Below, piece after piece: positions 14,601 through 29,600 of a stretch of 64,000 nucleotides of DNA (position 1 is the first letter of the stretch; each line of letters opens with the position of its first letter). The translations under genes were made by a program, and so were the position numbers. The stretch is from Lingula anatina (Eukaryota > Animalia > Brachiopoda): assembly GCA_051362555.1 (NCBI GenBank), contig CM120641.1, positions 42,414,401-42,478,400 of the forward strand. Reading direction: 5' to 3'. The notes beneath the pieces are model-generated. The model was not told the DNA's origin. It saw only the letters and a program-made list of their open reading frames with translations, and made no database searches.

Positions 14601-17600
14601 CCTGGCAGTAAAATAATTTTGTTGAAGCACAGTTATTTAATTTAATAAGGAATGCTCCATTCCTGATAACTTTTGGATTTTTATGACTTCAGATTCTTCT
14701 GCCTACCTGAGAATGTGACAGCAGGTGACCCCCAGTCTGGTTACCATGACTGTCCAGCTGGCTACTACTGTCCTAATGGCACTGGTCTTAACTGGCTACC
14801 ATGTCCACCTGGGACCTACAGCATGCAGACTAATCTGTTCAGAGTAAGGAACATATAATATCTCCGCCTGACATAATAAATTGTTATATTTGATACACTG
14901 CTAAATTTTATAAAATATTACTACTGCCACTGTGTGTTATAGTGCATACAATGTCAGACTTGAGCATGGTTCCTTAGTCATATGTATTTCTAATAAGAAA
15001 CGATGTCTTCCACCAGGTGGAGCAATGTCAAGACTGCGATGGAGGTTTCTACTGTGGTACCTGGGGTGCGACAAACATAACTGCTCCATGTGCTGCAGGC
15101 TACTACTGCGAGTCAGGCGTGGACAGACCCAACCCAAACAACGCGGAGGTGAACAGCTCCTACGCTGCTGACTGCCCACTGACCGGTGGTCATACAGGGT
15201 ATGGAGATATATGTCCCCTGGGGTACATGTGTCCTGTGGGGAGTGTGGTGCCCCAGGGATGTGACCCAGGGAGCTATCAAGATGAGGAGGGGACTGATTA
15301 CTGCAAGGGATGTGTAGAAGGTGAGAAGCCAACATGTGAACTATTTCTTACTCATATGATATACAAATGTGATTTTTTTGTTTCAGTAATTGAATACTGA
15401 AGGGTAGTACCTCTGTAGTTGTTCAGGCTACAGTAAAAAAAGAGATGTGAGACTTGATAAAACTTCTCAACTTCTTTCAAACTCTTCTGGTTAGTTGTGT
15501 TAGTAAACATTAAAAAAAATCTCAAACAGACACAATACAGGCCTGTAGCCAGCAATTTCGAAAGGGGGGTTCTTTTTTTGAAAAAGTGGACCTTTTCCCA
15601 TAAAAACTTCATGTACCTAGATTAAATTTTAACCAGAGTGGACCTTTTCCCAGCAAAAGGGGCAGTTCTTTCGAACCCCCAAGAACCCCCCTGGCTATGG
15701 GCCTGCAGTGAAATGAAAAATGTTTATTGCTTGTTATGAAAAAATTATCAAATTTTGTTCCATCAACATAGGTTACTACTGTCCACAAAACTCAACAACC
15801 TATGCAGACAAACCATGTCCATCTGGTCACTACTGTCTAGTCAACACCACTCGGGACAATGAGCACCCCTGTCCACAAGGCACCTTTAACAACTTGACTG
15901 CCCAGGTCTCTCTGGATGCTTGTCTTAACTGTACACCAGGAATGTACTGCCTGGGAACAGGGCAGAGCTGGCCGAAGGACAACTGCAGGTATAGTATGTG
16001 TGTGTAGATGTGTTAAATTTGTGTATGTGTGCATGTGTGCATGTGCTTGTATCTGTGTGCAAGGCCTTGATTGTTTTACACAAACAGGCTTTGTGTAGCC
16101 CTTAGCAAAAAATAACTTATAAAATCAGAAAATATATACATTGTAGGACTTACTCCAAAATTTATACTTACTGTTACCAAAATTTTGATTATTAAAATTT
16201 ATGAAACCCTTCATAACATTCATTCAATTTTCATGTTGAACTTAATTTTTGATCATTTTAAGGCACTTTTAATACATACCTATTTATCTAAAATTGGATA
16301 AATGTTTACTTCCAGTGATGGCTACTACTGCACTATAGGCTCTACCAGTCCAATGCCCAGTAATGCAGCCGAGGGTGGTCAGTGCCAGCCAGGCTACTAC
16401 TGTCCAGGTGGTACGGAGGTACCCATACCATGTGATGCCGGCTTCTACTGTGATATCCCAGGCCTGGCTTCTCCAGCAGCACCATGTAATCAAGGTATGA
16501 TACCAGCTTAATATGACCACTCCCACTGGTCAATATGATGTTTATTATAAGTACTATGTAATCAAGGAATGATGGCCAGTTGTTCAGAAGAATGTTTGTT
16601 ATGAAAATATGATTTTTTTTTTATATCAAAGGTAAATTGATTGTTAAGATTTGATGAAACATTCATCTTTTATTTATCACAAAGTGAAATGGTGAAAATA
16701 TTATTATAGATACGAATATTATGTTATTATTTTTTCTGAATATTCTCTGTGTTATTTCAGGATATTACTGCACATTAGGTGCCTCAGTGGGCAATCCCAC
16801 AGACAATGTGACAGGTAACATCTGCCCAGAGGGACACTACTGCCCTGCAGGGAGCTCAGCACCACAGCCCTGCCTTGTGGGATACTATCTGAACTCTACA
16901 GGCAATAGTAATCCAACTGACTGTGTACTGTGCACAGAAGGTAAGGGTTTGCCAATGGATGTACATTCTCAGAAAAGATGCAGTAAGAATATTTTTTTGT
17001 GGGAAATTATACACAAAGTAACTCTTTCACATCCTCAAACAGTCTCAACAAATAAGCTCTGTACCAGTTCCAACACCAAAGATATACTTCATCTGAAAAA
17101 AAATGAGGAAAATATGCCTAGATGCTATACAGACACTATACAGATATGCTTTGGCTACTGTTAACACACTTACCCAAACTATTTGTCATATTAAGGGCAG
17201 GGATATTAAGAGCAATATATTATGATACCATTACATTAAAAGCCTTGTTTCTGCTATATAGGCTGGTACTGTGGGGGAGAAGGTCTTGCTGAGCCCACAG
17301 GAATGTGTCAACAGGGCTACTACTGTCCAGCTGGTCAAGTGACCCACTCTCCATCAAACTACACCTGTCCAGCTGGTCATTTCTGTCTCACTGGTTCACC
17401 AACTCCAGACCCTTGTCCTTCTGGAACATATCAGGTAATTTTCTTTATTTCAGAGGTGAAATTCAACTGATAATTGTTTCTGATTAAATTTTTAAAATAT
17501 GGTATAAATATTTGTTGGACATATTTATGTTTTGTTTGTATAAAGATACATTTAATTGGAAAACTATATGATGTATGATTTACATAAAAGGCATTAAAAT

Positions 17601-20600
17601 ATTTTAATTACAACTGTACTTAAGGAAAGAATATACAGATCAAATAAGTAACAATGGTAAGGGGATTTTAAACTTTATTGGGATTATTTTTCCACAAAAA
17701 TCAACATTGAAATAAAAAAAAAACTTATGATTTCACAGGTACTTATATGTATTCTTTTTGTAACTTTGTAGGACACAGAGGCAGCATGGGATTGCAAGGT
17801 CTGTCCTGACGGCTTCTACTGCAATGCCACCTATGGTCCAGTTGTGTACTATGCCGGCTATGTGTGTCCTGAGGGTCACTACTGTCCAAATGGCACACAG
17901 CATTCTAACCAATACCCATGCCCTAGAGGAACCTTCAGCAATGCAACAGGTGAGAGAGAATAGTCTTTGGATACTTCTTTATGTGGAAAGAAAGGGATAA
18001 ATGAGAAAAGTAAATCAGGACCATAGCAAAGGGGGGTTCAGGGGGTTCAAAAGAACCCCCCTTTTTGCCGAGAAAAGGTCCCTTCTGGGTAAAATTTTAT
18101 CTACGTACATGAAGCTTCATGGTAAAATGTCCACACTTTCAGAAAAAGAAACCCCCTTTTGAAATTGCTGGCTACAGTCCTGTAAATGAAATAAGACTGG
18201 CTAGTAGGGTCAAGCTGTTGTCCCTAACATCAGGGTCAAGTCATCTATGTGCGTAGATCACAGTTTTGAAAATTGGGTTGAATGAATGCAAAAAGAAGGA
18301 TTGGGAGGGGGGTGTTGGGGACAGTTATGAACTGTTAATTAACACATTCACATTGCTGCAAGTTCTGTTCACATGGTGCACTTTTTGAGTTACTTTTGCC
18401 ACATTTTGTACACCAAAGACATATAATCACACCATACACTGAATTTTATTACACTATAGGGCTCAAACTAAGCATTTGTGACCTTCACCAATGGCTGAAG
18501 ATCAATCTGGCACAAAAAATGCTTGTGTCTTTTGCTCTGTTGCCATTGAATTTGCAAAACATACATATGTGAATGAAAGACTTTGGACTATAAAAGAAAC
18601 ACCACACTGTACCTAAATACAGGGGCTGTTAAATATTTCCCCCTATCTTAAGATGTGGTTTAAGCCATGAGATTTGAACTTTCACTTTCAGTTTCTTGTA
18701 TTTGAGTGTGTATGTAATTTTAAATGTTGTATCCACAGGCCGCGGGATGAGAATGTCAGGTATTTATATGTATATACTGGTGCTGGTAATGGTGTGTAAC
18801 AACACATTTTTGAAATAGTCAATGTTGTAATAAATATAGACAGTTTTATGTGTTTTAAGAAAAATATATTTATTGATGTTTTTGCTGTGTTTTTTATTAT
18901 TGTTATTATTATTATTATTATGCACTTGTTACTTTGACTATGCACTACTTATTTTAGTTATGTTGAATAGCCAAAAGAGTTATTTTGCACTCAGGATTTG
19001 TGATGCCAGATCTAGGTTTAAATACAACTATTGCAATGAAATAATACATAAATACCCTGTATGTACAGACACATAAACATTGTGTAAATGTTATTTTTAA
19101 AGGTAGTTTATTGTTTATATCGTAACAGCATGTTTTGTGTTTTTCATTATCTTTTCTCCTTATTGATATTTATAACTACACTGAAAGTTGTTAATGTTAT
19201 ATATCAAGTGTAACAAATAGGAAATTGAAAGGGAATTGTACAGTACCTGCACATAGATAGAGGAAAATGTTATTATGTAGTTAACCAGAATTTGTAACTC
19301 TTGACTTTGAATTTGATATAAAGCTGGATTTATTTTCAGTTTGTAGATAAATTGATTGTTGTCATCTTAAGATTACCATGAACATTTCATTCCAAGCTTA
19401 AGTTAAAATATATCTTCCTTCATTTGCTGTAACCCTAATAGAGAAATTCACCTGTTTGGCAAAAAGAAGAAAAAAGATTAAGATCCATATTTTGATAACT
19501 TCTTTTATATGTTAAACTACACATGAGAAAAGGTGTAATTTATATTTGCAATTTAGATTCAATATCTTACATGATTATAATTAAAATGATATATGTGTAT
19601 TCCAGGCTTGGTGTATGAGGCAGACTGCACCCCGTGTACTGGAGGTATGGCTTGTGATGTGGAAGGCCTGATAACACCACCCAGGCTGTGTTCTGCAGGG
19701 TACTTCTGTAGACAAGGGGCCAACATGACAGCACCAACACTAGGTAGTTGATGGCATTGTTTTAGTATTTACTTCTGTTAACATATGCCTTAAACCTCTA
19801 TTGTGTTATTAAAGATTCAGGTTGAAATTTCAGTGTGGCATGATTAAATAGATAATTAGCCTTAGAACTTGACATTAATTTTTTGAATTCCATTATTTTC
19901 ATCAGTGCACAAATTAAAATGAACTAATAATTGATTGGCACTAAGTGGTGATAATCATATTTACTAAAACATTAGATGAATTGATCATGCAATTATTATG
20001 TGTTACAGGAGCTAATGCTGATATCTGTCCAGCGGGCAGTTACTGTCTAGAGGGAAGTTCTGCCCCCATCCCCTGTCCAGAGGGTACTTATGGCAATGCC
20101 ACAGGCCTGACCCAGGAGGTAGAGTGCCTGAACTGTACAGGAGGGAACTTCTGTAATGAGACAGGTAAATAGCTGTTCCTTTCAGCTTGCTATAAAAATT
20201 GTCCCATTAAAGACAACAATATTAACACATTGCAAAAAAAGCATGAGATTCTGTGCACTGAAGACATTAGGATATTTGTTATTGATAGAAAGAATTTACT
20301 TTGAATTTTAAAAATTGACACATCGAACCAAGTGTCAGAGATAAGTTAACATATTGCTGCATCTAACACATTGTCACACCTATCACTTTGTCAAATCCAA
20401 CACTATACCACACTCCACGCACTCAAGATGAAGTGCCTATTAGATATATGAAAATGACAAAGCAATATGACATTTCACCTTTTAAATGCTCCCCCCAATA
20501 CACCATATCCTTATTATGTTAATGTTATTATTACATTATTCTATTTATAATGAATGGTATATCAATTGTGGTGTCCATCTCCAGGCCTGACAGCAGTGAC

Positions 20601-23600
20601 CGGTCCATGTGACCCTGGCTACTACTGTCCAGAAGGCTCAAGAAGGGCAGACAGTATCATCTGTACTGCTGGCTACTACTGTGGTCAAGGTACCCTTGAC
20701 CCCATGGCCTGCCCCAATGGAACATTCTCTAATGCCACTGGCCTCAGTGTTGTGACCCAGTGCACAGACTGTACAGAGGGATATTACTGTAATGGCGTGG
20801 CACTGATAGAGCCATCAGGACCTTGCAGTGCAGGTTTGTAGTACTGTTTATTTGCCTGTGTTGCTTGATAATATATTGCTGTTAGTAAAGGTATTTCAGA
20901 TGAATGTTATGAATGAATGTCAATTAAAGTATGATTGGCTCTGGTATTTGATGGATTGAGAAAACAATAATTTTGTTTATCATGGTTGTTCAAAACTGCT
21001 TTTAATAATATTTTTTGTACCACCTGCACATGTATGTTTCTATATATAAGATACATTCACCTACTTTTGGATATTGTGAGATTCTTATTACAAAAATAGT
21101 TGATTTTTTAAATTATTTTAATGTGACCTTTTTTAGGCTACTACTGCCCCACTGGTTCCAGTGTAGAGACTGCCGTGGTGTGTCCCATTGGTCAACACTG
21201 TCCACAGGGCAGTGCAAGACCACTAGACTGTGTGGCTGGAACATACACAGATATAGAGGGAGCTGCTGTTTGCCAAGAGTGTCCTGAAGGTAAGTTTACA
21301 AGTGAACAGTGGGGGCACCATTACTTTTTAATATTTTTTTTAATTCAGAGAGATCATGGGCCGGTTAGATATTGGTTTTTTTATGATATTAAGTTAACAT
21401 TTGTAACGTTACAATTTTGATATGTGACATTATATTTGGTGTTTGTTTATTTTCCATTTTATTAATTTTATTTTATGAGGAGATTTTAATTTTTAATTAG
21501 TAAAAAAAGTTTAACTAAGAAAGTAACTATATAATTTTATTTTCCAAATACATATGGCAGGTACAAATAAACTCTTTCACAATATATCTCCAGGTTACTA
21601 CTGTATCCCAGAGGTGGTCATCCCAGGCTCAGTGAATTCCATAATGACCACCTGTCCTGAAGGTTTCTACTGCCCCAATGGAACTGGCCACAACTGGCAG
21701 GCCTGTCCTGCTGGGACCTATAGCAATTTCACCAATCTGAGAACTGCCCAGGAATGTACACCTTGTATGCCAGGGATGCACTGCCAAGGTACTGGCTGTT
21801 CTCTGTCTCTGTGTCTCATTTCTTCTAATATCAAAATATGAAAAGATGCAGATTTTATTAGTACTTATTTAGATGAATGCCAACATTGAAGGCAACGTGT
21901 GATTATTTACTGATACTTTGAAAAAATTACAAAACCTGGTTTGAATTTACATATTGTCACTTGATTAACTTTACGTGATCTGGAACTGATTTATATGCAG
22001 TAATTACATTTCATATTTGCATAATAACCATTTTTAGTTCCCAGTCACAATTTAACCACCAAAACCATTTGCAGTTTGTTCTATAACACAAATCTTTTTC
22101 CAGGTATCAACCTGACTGCTCCAGCTGGAAGCTGTGCTGAGGGCTATTACTGTGTGTCAGGAGCAGACAGAGCCAACCCACTCATGCTTAATGAATCCCA
22201 GTGTCCCACAGGAACTGTCCATCCAGTCATTGGCCACGAGTGTCCAGCAGGGTTCAAATGCCCAGCAGGGTCTAGCTACCCAGTGCCCTGTCCAGCTGGC
22301 ATGTATCAAGACTCCACCGCACAGGGCTCCTGTATCACGTGCGTTGCAGGATATTATTGCTACGGAAACACGACGGACTATGCTCCCAACATTTGCCCCG
22401 CTGGTTACTACTGCGAAGCAGGCACACCAGATCCGCTGCATGCGCCGTGTCCAAACGGGACATACAATAACCAGACTGGTATGGGTAACCTGACTGACTG
22501 CTTGTCATGTCCAGCAGGCATGTACTGTGATGGTCAGGCCAATGAATATCCAGATGGACTGTGTGCTGCAGGCTGGTACTGCTCTAATGGATCCTCTGAC
22601 CCCAGGGTAAGCAGGCTGTTTATTTACAATGTGTTTTGATATAGTGACTTTGGACCTAAGTTTTTGCTCAGGTCCTCAGTTTGGACATTTATTAAATTTA
22701 CCAGTGAATACTGTATACTGGTAGGAAGATATAAGGTCAAAAGGTGATTTGCCCATATTGGTTGGTAAAAAATTTATAGCATTTTTCGCAATACTGCTCT
22801 AGAGCTGCTCCACCAATTTACAAATAAGAAGAAAAAATTCATTTCATTGTTGTGGTGATGTATTTTTTTTTTTTTTTTTCATTTATTAAAAATACCCTCT
22901 CTATCATTTTAGCCATCTGGAGATGGTGGAGACATCTGCCCAGCAGGCACCTTCTGTCCATTAGGATCCATAGCACCCCAGCCCTGTACTGCTGGTCAGT
23001 ACTGTAACTCCTCTGGACTGGGAGCACCAGTGGCCGACTGTGACCCTGGCTACTACTGTCCAACAGGGTCCTCATCACCAAGAGAGGTTCTATGCCCTGT
23101 GGGTCATTACTGCCCTACAGGAAGTGACCTCCCAGATCCTTGTAGAAATGGCACGTATAATGCAGGCACAGGACTAGCAGCGCAGGCTGAGTGTACACCG
23201 TGTGATCCTGGGTTTTACTGTAATGAGACGGGAGCTACAGGATACAGTGGAGTGTGTGCGGCAGGTAAGGGACTAGCATAGAATGAATTGTGCATAATTT
23301 TTAACTAAGGTTGGTTTTCTTATCTTCAATAATGGTCCAGGTTTCAATATGTATTAGACCATTTTGTGTTATAAGTATGAAACAATCTAAATGAAATCTG
23401 ATCTTGTTGTGGCAATTTTCTTAAGTCAAGATGAATCTAGACAGTCTGAATAGGATTTCTCAGTACAGTGTTTGCCAAAATCTGATGCCTGTGTGACTTC
23501 GTGTATGAATGGATGTTTATATTCAAGTATTTGTTTGCCTGCATGTGTGTGTGTATATTTTTGTGGATGAATATGTAGCATGCACAGAAGTGATTCAGAA

Positions 23601-26600
23601 ATAACCTATCTGACCTAATACCATTCCAGGCTACTACTGTCCAGAAGCTCAGACTGTCCCCAACCCCTATGCCACTGTGTGTCCTCGTGGTCACTACTGT
23701 CCAGTGGGCAGTCCAGTCCCAGTTCCCTGTGAGATGGGGTACCAACAGGATGCTGAGGGTCAAGCTCTGTGTGACCCTTGCCCAGAAGGTAGGGTGACCA
23801 GTATTGAAAATGCTTGTAGTTTTTTTTGTTTTTTTTTTAAGAAGGAAAGAGAAGTGCTTCATTAAGATGACTTGTTTAAATTTGCAGTCTACTGGTTTGG
23901 TATTAAAGAGAGTGAGACATCTCAAGTTAATGGTTTTTATCATAGAAGAATGGAGTTTAAATGTTGTGAATATTGTATGACTATGTAATTATATGGTTAT
24001 CAGTCACAAAACGTGCTATATTTTTACAGAAAAAATTTGCTCACCATGCCTTTGAAATTTTCAAGTTGAACATACCAATATTGGATCTCTATAATTTAAG
24101 GATTTTACTGTGACAATGCCACCATCACCCCCGCTGCCTGCCCAGCTGGCTACTACTGTCCAAACGGTACCAGATATGGTCAAGAACACCCATGTCCACC
24201 AGGAACTTTCAATAATATCACTGGACTGATGACCAGTGCCCAGTGCCAGCCTTGTGCTCCTGGGTTTTACTGCCAGAGAGGAGGATTGGCAGAACCAGAG
24301 GGGCCCTGTATGGCTGGGTAAGTGGTGCCATCTATTGATAAAATGATATTTTGAACTGTTGGCGTATAATTCAGTACTGCAGATATGAAGAAGTTTTGGT
24401 GAAGCTGCATTCTGAGGCTGATGATGGTATGATTTTTTCTACAGTGGTGTTCAACCTGGACTAACTTAGACAGAAAATTGACAAGACTACATTATGTAGA
24501 GACATACATTATACCTAAGAATTCTAAATCCCATGTTGGACTAGTCAGATCAATTATTTTTTTCTAAGCGTAATGAAACACACTCACACTTCACTTCCTG
24601 ATTATGTCTTTTCCAGGTACTACTGTAATGGCAGCACCATCAATCCAAACCCCAGTGAAGGTATCTGTCCCATTGGTAACTACTGTCCAGAGGGCAGTGT
24701 CTGGCCAGAGCCCTGTCCATCTGGTACACTGGCCAGCAGTGCAGGAAATGTCAACGTCAGCGATTGTGACCCCTGTCCAGCTGGGAGGTATTGTACTCCA
24801 GAAAGCTCACAGAATGGTAAGGAGGCTTTCACTGAGAATTTGTGTCAGCGCACCTTTTTATCTTTTGTACTTTTAGTTAGTAAATTTATAATGTGTTTTG
24901 GTTTCTTTTATCACTCTTTTATAGTGCACATCCAATCCAACTTTTTATTACAAAAAATTAATATTATTATGAATGTATAGTTCTGTTAAATAGAATTATA
25001 TCATAATAAAACTTTGAGTGTATATGATTACAGGAGATTGTAACAACAAGATTACAAACTTTTCAGTTCAAAATTTGTTAAATTTGCATGAGTCCTTTAA
25101 TAAGAGCATCAAAGTATAATTCCTAATCAATATTATAAATTGATTGCAAATAGAGTTTATCAAAACTATTATTATGACATTCTTGCATAGGCCTAACCCC
25201 ACCGTGTGACCCAGGCTATGTATGTCTTGGCGGTGCAGACAACGGTCAGCCCAATGATGGTGTGATGGGCTACATCTGTCCACAGGGCAACTATTGCCCA
25301 GCTGGGACCATCACCCCCCAGAACTGCTCCATGGGAACTTATGCTCCTGTTGTTGAACTAGGTGAGAATGCAGTGCCTGTGATGAGACTGGTAGTGTTTT
25401 CATTATTGTTTTTGTTGGGACTATGGCCATTGTGCTTGGTTGCAGTAATGATGCTATCTTTTCAATCAGAATAAAATTATTAATCTTTTAGGTATGCATT
25501 TTGGCATCATTAAAAATATGTTTCTGTGTAGCATTTGTGGTGTTTTTATTGTTTGGAATTGAGCTATTTGTTGCTACCTCTTAATAGGAATGTACTAATC
25601 TTAAGAATTTAAGACTTTTAAAAAATACTATATTGATTCTGTAAAATTCACAATTTTGCCCATTGAAAAAAGATTTAATCATTACTGCAGTTGGGAAATA
25701 ATTGGTGAGACTTGCAGTTGTGTGAAGTGTGACTTGCAATTATGCATAATAAAACTATGGCAGTAGTGCTTTGCTTAACCCAATGAAATTTTAATATTGA
25801 AGTAGAAAAAAGCACTTGTTTTCTTGTTATGTTTCTAGGTGAATGCCTTTCATGTCCAGCAGGCCAAACTTGCCCATACATTGCAATGAACTACTCCCTA
25901 CCTTGTCCTGAAGGCTACTACTGTCCCAATGGTACCTCAGATAATGGTATACCATGTCCTCTAGGTAGGCTACATTTTGTATTCTGAGCAACTGTTTATT
26001 GTCATTATTTGTTCACTACAGTTTTCATTTATGATAGATCCAAACATTTTGGTGCACGTGTTAATGGTTTTTGCTTTTCACTCTGACAGGTGAACAGGTT
26101 ATTTCCCCACAGTCTTGATGACTTGTTAGTCCCTCTCGCCCCCCTCCCCTGAGGTGAACCAAAATGTTTGGATGTATCATAATGAAGACTATTAATACTA
26201 AAAACTGAAGTCCAATGAAATTATTTTCACATTTAACATCCTATAGTTGTGTGACCCAGGTGTATAATAATGCCTATAGCACTTTATCATGCCTACCATG
26301 TTCTATATTTTCAGGCACCTACAGCAATGTTACCAGTCTCTCAGTAGAAGGGGACTGCACCCCGTGTCCCACAGGGTACTTCTGTAACCAGACTGGTCTA
26401 CTAGTACCAGCAGGGCCATGCAACAGTGGCTACTATTGTATAGGTGGCGCCATGCACCAGGCTCCCAATGATGGTGTTAATGAACCTTGCCCTCTAGGAA
26501 GTTACTGTCCTGAAGGTAGGCGTGTTATGGCAGTTTGTAGTCTTGGATTAAAACTAAAGTGACAGTCAACAAGCATTCATAAGGAACTCAAAGCAATTCT

Positions 26601-29600
26601 GTATAACATTATTTTGTTTGTCTCTTAGTTTGTACATGCAAAAACAACTTTAAAGAGAACATAACACCAACATGATATCACTTATCACATCTTACATTTC
26701 AAGATCCTACAACATCCACACTTTAACACATATTTAACATGCAAATCAGCAAATTTTATATTATTATTGTGCACTATCACAACTAACACAATTTGAATAT
26801 TTTTTCATCCAGGAACAACACAGCCTATTCCGTGTCCCCGTGGAACAGTCAACCCCAACACTGGTGGTCGTTCTCTGGATGACTGCATGCCTTGTGTAGG
26901 AGGAATGTACTGTGAAGATCTGAATGGAACCCAATTCACAGGAGGATGTTCCGAGGGGTACTACTGCCCTGGGGATGTTGCCATAGAATCCAGGACCCCA
27001 GCCAACTACAGCTGTCCTGCCGGGTTCATTTGTCCTGCAAACAGTTCCATCCCTACACCTTGTGTTAATGGTGGGTTTGTACTAGAACATTAGCATGGTC
27101 AATTGAATGTCTGGTATTTCAAATAAACAATTATTGTATGTTTTTATTCAGTTCTTCTGTTTGACATGCCAAGTGCTAATTTGTATATTGTGTCTTTGAG
27201 CTTCAGTAAATTTTATATTGATTAGGAAATAAGTTTGTGCTGTGCTGTGGGTCACTTGCAGTCAATCAAGGGACTGATTAAATTAAGTTAAAGATAATTA
27301 ATGATGTGCACAACAAACTTACAGCACAGTTAACATTGCACAGAGAGAGATATACCACAAGAAATTACACTTCATTTAACCAATTTTATCTCTAAGAATC
27401 CAAATTATGATAATAATACCTTTATTCTCCAGCCACTTACCAGCCACAAGAGGGCCAGACCTTCTGTCTCCCATGCCAGGCTGGCCACTACTGTCCAGTC
27501 AATGCCAGTGACATGATACCTTGTCCACAATACAGCTACTGTCCAGAGGGGTCAGTGGTACCCACCCTATGTCCAAACGGCACATACACTACCAATTCCA
27601 CACAATACCTCACCGATGCCTCCCAGTGTCTGCCGTGTCCAGAGGGGTCATACTGCCTGGCTGGACAGATAGCTGGACTGTGTAATGCTGGGTATATCTG
27701 TTATAATGGCAGTAGTACACCGACACCAACATGTGATAATGCCACAGGAGTTGATAACTGCCCCACTGGGGAGCTGTGCCCCTATGGTTATTACTGTCTG
27801 GCAGGTGAGAGGATAGGATTGATTTAAGTTTGTTAAATTTTGTAGACTTTGAGAATTTCAATTTTATACAAACTGATGGTCTTCAAGTGTTCAAAAATGT
27901 ATTTTACATGTTTGTCTCAAACAATAAATGGTTAGATTAATTAAGACCAAAATTATTTGAATGATTAAAAAAATTAAGTATTGAAAGAATTCATCTAGCA
28001 TGTATGCAAAAAGTAGTTTCAGATTCATATTTTGAATCAGAGATATGATGTTGTTTATAATTAATAAAATAATTCATACAAATATTTAATTTATGATATA
28101 TTCAAGTATAGAAATATTGCAACGAAAAAAAAAATTTATTGTATGCCTCCAGGTTGTGTTGAACCATCCACATGCCCACCAGGCACTGTGATCAACAAGG
28201 TGGGTGCCATGTCAGCCCTCGAGTGTGACGTCTGCCCGGCCGGGAGAATCTGTCCATCTAACTCCACCCTCTCCCAGCCCTGCACCAGAGGTTTCTACTG
28301 CAAGTTCAATGCCACGATCCTCCCCTGTCCTCCCAACACTTACCAGCCACTTGAGGAGGCTACGGACGAGAGCTGGTGTCTCCCCTGTCCTGCAGGGTAC
28401 TGGTGTCACTCCTATGGGATGCCTGATCACACCGTCAGCCCGTGTCCCCCAGGGTACTTCTGTCCCGAGGCGACCTGGACCCCCATACCTTGTCCTGCTG
28501 GAACATACAGGTAAAGCTTGTGTGACAGGTGATGTTAAACTGAATGCAGGATATTTTCACTGGCCAGCATGTCTTTGTCATGCCTAAGGTATTATATGCT
28601 CACTATATTCCCACACCTTACTCTTTGCCATTTTATGAGGATTCAAAACTTATCATGACATATAAATAATTATACACATACAAAACTGTGGGAAATAGAT
28701 TGTGTGTTTCCAAATCTGAAGCATAATTTGTAGGAAGATATAGAGTATTACACTGATGTAAATATTATCATAAATATATATTATATTTATATTTTTGATA
28801 GAGTTTTTAGTTTTTTAGTAAAAAGTCTGTCTCGAAGCATAATATGTTGCCATTCTATTTCCTGATATTTATTAAGTTGACATTTTTCAGAGATTCATTA
28901 TGATTTTTTAAATGAACTTCAGGGACATCAATACTGGCGGGCATATCGACGACTGCTTTACATGTCCAGCTGGATATTACTGCCCGGACACAAACAGCAC
29001 AATAGCCGGTGTCCAGTGTGACGAGGGCTACTTCTGTCCGAACGGGTCTCAGAACCAGACCATCTGTCAGCCCGGCTACTACTGCAACAGGTCCATGACC
29101 CAGAAACCATGTCCACCGGGTTACTACTGTCCCGAGGGGTCAGCCTCCATGCAGCCTTGTCCCCCTGGTCATTACTGTCAGGGACGTAATGAGTGTAATG
29201 ATACTGATGCAGGTAAGATACATGGTGTTTTGGTGATGTGAATTGGATAATCTTTTTTTTTTCTTTTTTTTTTCTTTTTTGTTAAATTGGCAACTGATGG
29301 CATATCACTTCATGTTTTGCTAGACTACTTTTATATAAAAATACTTTAGAATTTAAAATCTTGATTGAAGTACACATTTAATTTACTTATAATATCTGAT
29401 AAAATTCATGATAATATGATGAGTTTATTGATTAATTACCTTGAGGCATGATGAATTTTTCATATTTATACAATGCCATATCTTACCCAATACAGAAATA
29501 ACCTTATACATGACCATCCTTATATTTCAGGTGCCATAGAACCTGTTCTGTGTCCACTTGGCTACAAAGAAAAGAATAACGGCCAGAGCCCGCGCCAGAC

